Positions 35,187-38,446 of a stretch of DNA of 38,446 nt are shown here, one piece after another. The stretch is from positions 1 to 38,446 of the forward strand of contig UYFQ01000697.1 of NCBI GenBank assembly GCA_900617105.1, given 5' to 3'. The position numbers were made by a program, and so were the translations under genes. Below the pieces are notes generated by a model. That model saw only the letters and a list, made by a program, of their open reading frames with translations, was not told the DNA's origin and ran no database searches. Numbering within the stretch: the stretch's first letter is position 1; every line of letters starts with the position of its first letter. The DNA comes from Hydrurus foetidus. Taxonomy: Eukaryota.

Positions 35187-38100
35187 GGAGGAAGAGCAGC
35201 AGCCATTGCAACTGGAGCATCCTCCCATGGCACTTGACTCTCAGCAATCTACACAAGATATTTTGCATCCTCCAATGGCAGATCTGGCAACCCCTGAGCC
35301 ATATCGAATGCGCACTCCACCAGCCAAATCACCATCAAGGGATTCAGTGTCTGCCACACGTCGTGCAAAAGCAAGAGCACTGGCTGAGAAAAAGAGTCTC
35401 AACTTACTTACAGTTACAGTTACAGACAAAGACAGCAAATTCATGTCATTCAAGAAGACAAGTCACAAGACAGTCATTGACAGTGGTGCATCTACATCTG
35501 GTACTGGATTGCGCAGCAGCCTCCGTGACCTTAGACCTACATCATGCAGTGTCTCAGCAGATTTCGGGGAGACTGCCCAGCCTACTGAGATGGGACTACT
35601 CTCACCATTCATGCTCAAGACTATTGTCATTGACCAAATGAATGATACCACACTGCTCTCAGTGTCTCAAGCGTGTGCAAAGGGATTTGTGGGCATCTTC
35701 ACCTCTAAGGACTGCAAGTTCTTTAATGCGATAGATGTCATCCCACACCTCCAGGACATCTCAAAGACAGTTCACCCAGTCATGAGTGGCAAGGTAGAGG
35801 AAGGCCTCTACTTGCTTGACTCCAACTGAGTGCGCCCAGCTCAACTCTTGGTCACGAGTGTAGAAGAGCTTTCGATTTACGACCACGTGCATCGCGTACT
35901 AGGACACCCTGGCGAAGAGGGTATGGCCTGGCACCGACAGCACACCATTGGAGCACACTACTCCAACTTGGATGCATCTACACCAAGACCAATATGCGCA
36001 GCATGCGTACAGGGCACGATGCGACAGACCTCTACGGACCATCTTCGTATACACCGTTTGCCATCTCCTTGCTACGGCAGTCAATTCTCACTTGACGGGT
36101 ATACACATACACACCGGTCACAGGCCGGTTATAAGTACTGCGATATTATCACGGACTTATCTACAAGACGAAGTTATCCATGCTTCACGAAAAACCGGGG
36201 AGCTGCAGAACTTGTCAAAATCTTCTCCACCCTCTTCCAATCACATCCTGAGTGGAAGCCCTCGCTTCCAGGCGTAGACCGATTCATCAGAGCCGATGCA
36301 GAGAAATCTTATCGGTCAGCTGAATTCCTCCAATGCATACACAACTTTGGATATCGACTTGAGCCAACACCACCTCGCGACAAACATGCAAATGGAATCG
36401 CAGAACGTGCAGTTGGCGTCTTATCGATGAAGTGCAACATCACCATGCAACCTTTAGGGATGACAGTACCACAGAAATTCTGGGATCTTGCCTTTGAGTA
36501 TACATGCATCACCCATGCATTCAATTACCATTCAGCAATCAAGACATCACCGTATCATCTCATCACTGGAAAGTATGTAATCCTCAAGAACCTCAAGGCC
36601 TTTTGGAGCTTATGTTGGGTTCACATCGCGCTTGAAGATAGGAAAGGAAAAATCGGTTTTCCTCGTGCATTCAAAGCCAGATTCGTTGGTTACGATTTAT
36701 CGAGAACGCTCGAGCCTTGTTTTTAAGGTCATCGAAATACTACCAACCGGAATCTTCGGCAAAATTAGGACAAGTAAGGACGTCATTTTCGACAAAGACA
36801 ATAATTATAATTACACGGACGAGTACCCATCCGATCTTGACTTTTCTAATTTACACCAGAATATCAATAACGATATCTCTGCAGTCCTACCAGCTAACAA
36901 GGTAGTTGAAAAAGATTCTGAACAACAACTAGCAACTCCAGCTATTCCAATACACCCTGTACCTGTAATACCTTGCACTATTCAGAATCGAACTCCTGAA
37001 AATCCTATTCCAGCGAAAATACATCCAAATGTGATTAACAATAACAAAATTGTTAATAAATCTGGATCGACTAATATCAAATCAACAAAACAGAATATAC
37101 CGTTTGATCCAACACCAATTAGAGATACAAATAACAAATCCGACATCGATGATAATGACATTGGTATTAATACACCAATTCAAAACATTGAAAATGACGA
37201 TGCTGTCTACTGGTACTCTACTCATGTTAGAAATCACGAACAATTTCTCTACTCATTACGATTCTCTCATTGATTGAAGCAAGTCATCACGAAAAACTCT
37301 TCATCAATTTCGATCAACTCAATGTGCCAAAATCATTCTGGAAAGCTATGGCTATACCTGAATGGAAAAACGCAATAGATACTGAATTAAAGAAATTCGA
37401 GAAGAACTCATGTTTACATGTAGTACCATACATTGACCAACACCTGGTACCAATGATGTGGCTTTTTAGTATAAAACCGACGGTACGAAAAAGGCCCGTT
37501 TAGTGGGACGGGAGATATGATGATACCACTCGTGGACTTCGACCCCGACGCCGTATACTGCGGAAATGTATCATCGTGTTCCATCAAGATGGCACTAAGC
37601 ATTGCAGCAGCATATGGACTAGTAATGAAAGGAGGTGACCTCATTGGTGCTTACCTCATTACAAGAGCAAATGTTAACTTCCCGGTGCACATAAAGACAC
37701 CGCAGGGATACACTTGCCCACCCGGTTTCTGCTTTCAGGCTGTCGGCAATCTTTATGGATTCCCACCTGCAGGGCAAAACTTTTCCATAGAGTTTGATAT
37801 TTGTATCTTCGAGTGTGGTTACAAGAACACACCCTGGGACCTCAAGTTCTTCTTTAAATGGACCACAGATGGTAGACCCATGCTTATCATCGCTCACAGT
37901 GATGACTTCAGATGGTTTGGTCCTTCGGACAAACTTGATGAATGGGATCTGATTATCGCCACCTTCAATGCACACAAATATGAAGTCACTGATGCAACTG
38001 ACAAGGAGTTCGTTGGTATTCGTATTCAGCGTGATGAAGATGGCACATATTATATGGATCAACATCGCATGATTGATTCAATAATAAAAGAGGCTAATAT

Positions 38101-38446
38101 ATCTGGTGCGAAGGACATGCACTTACCATACCCGACTGGGGACCAAGAACCTGCATTGTCAAAACTAGACAACGCTTCTACCCCTGAGGAACGTATGCAG
38201 TGTATGAAATACCCGTACAGGAGGGTCGTGGGTCAACTAATGTACGGTATGGTACATACCATGGTCGGCATTCTGTATGCACTCAATGTACTATCCCGCT
38301 ATGGTAACAACCCAGGTCCCAGACATATTAAATTCCTCAAACACTTATTGCAGTACTGCAAGTACGCGAAAAGTGATCGACTAGTGTTCCATGGACACGA
38401 TGGACCCAGAGACATCGAGACTATGACAACGCTACTCCAACTCCAT
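35038..38446 (+). pseudogene. pol: Copia Pol (protease, integrase, RT) with one in-frame TGA and several frameshifts; partial at the window edge
   Basis: VIDSGAS (PR); GLYLL...HRVLGH...CAAC (HHCC); FSLDG...IRAD...NGIAER (DDE); WKNAIDTELKKF, KARLVG, GGDLIGAYL, NLYGFPPAG, IAHSDDF, YPYRRVVGQLMY (RT). TGA at 35827-35829; frameshifts near 36720, 37265, 37475 and 37510. Confidence 0.92.

Larger units (their letters stand above)
33310..38446 (+). mobile_element. Ty1/Copia LTR retrotransposon; continues off the right edge; left limit of the 5' LTR uncertain
   Basis: Domain order gag-PR-IN-RT. LTR end CTTACA (33452) is followed by a TGG primer site. TGTAA at 33310 is only the best inverted match for the LTR start; other TG candidates lie at 33221-33281. 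Confidence 0.9.

Overview
Eukaryotic window (a spliceosomal intron is visible; protist-like, lineage not determinable) made almost entirely of nested transposable elements, with no recognisable host gene. Left to right: (1) the 5' half of a Ty3/Gypsy LTR retrotransposon on the minus strand (gag with CCHC knuckle, protease, RT running off the left edge). (2) A ~16.9 kb array of ~27.8 near-identical 608-bp units (4006-20918) that starts 25 bp after the stop codon of (3) a tyrosine-recombinase (DIRS-order, Ngaro/PAT-like) retrotransposon on the minus strand (gag-like, RT/RNase H, YR). The array has the form B(AB)27, which reads as a massively amplified split-direct-repeat terminus. The YR element is interrupted by (4) a 743-bp foldback MITE and (5) a 4.85-kb DNA transposon with 232-bp TIRs, encoding a THAP-like/Harbinger-ISL2EU-type DDE transposase and, convergently, an XPG/Exo1-family nuclease fused to a SWIM finger. 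Removing (4) or (5) by hand restores the YR-element reading frames. (6) A purine-pyrimidine microsatellite tract, then a Ty1/Copia element on the plus strand (CCCH-finger Gag, HSDD RT motif) running off the right edge. The best novelty candidates are the XPG-SWIM-carrying PHIS-type transposon and the YR retrotransposon with the amplified structured terminal array. All family calls come from motif recognition by eye; no database search was run.
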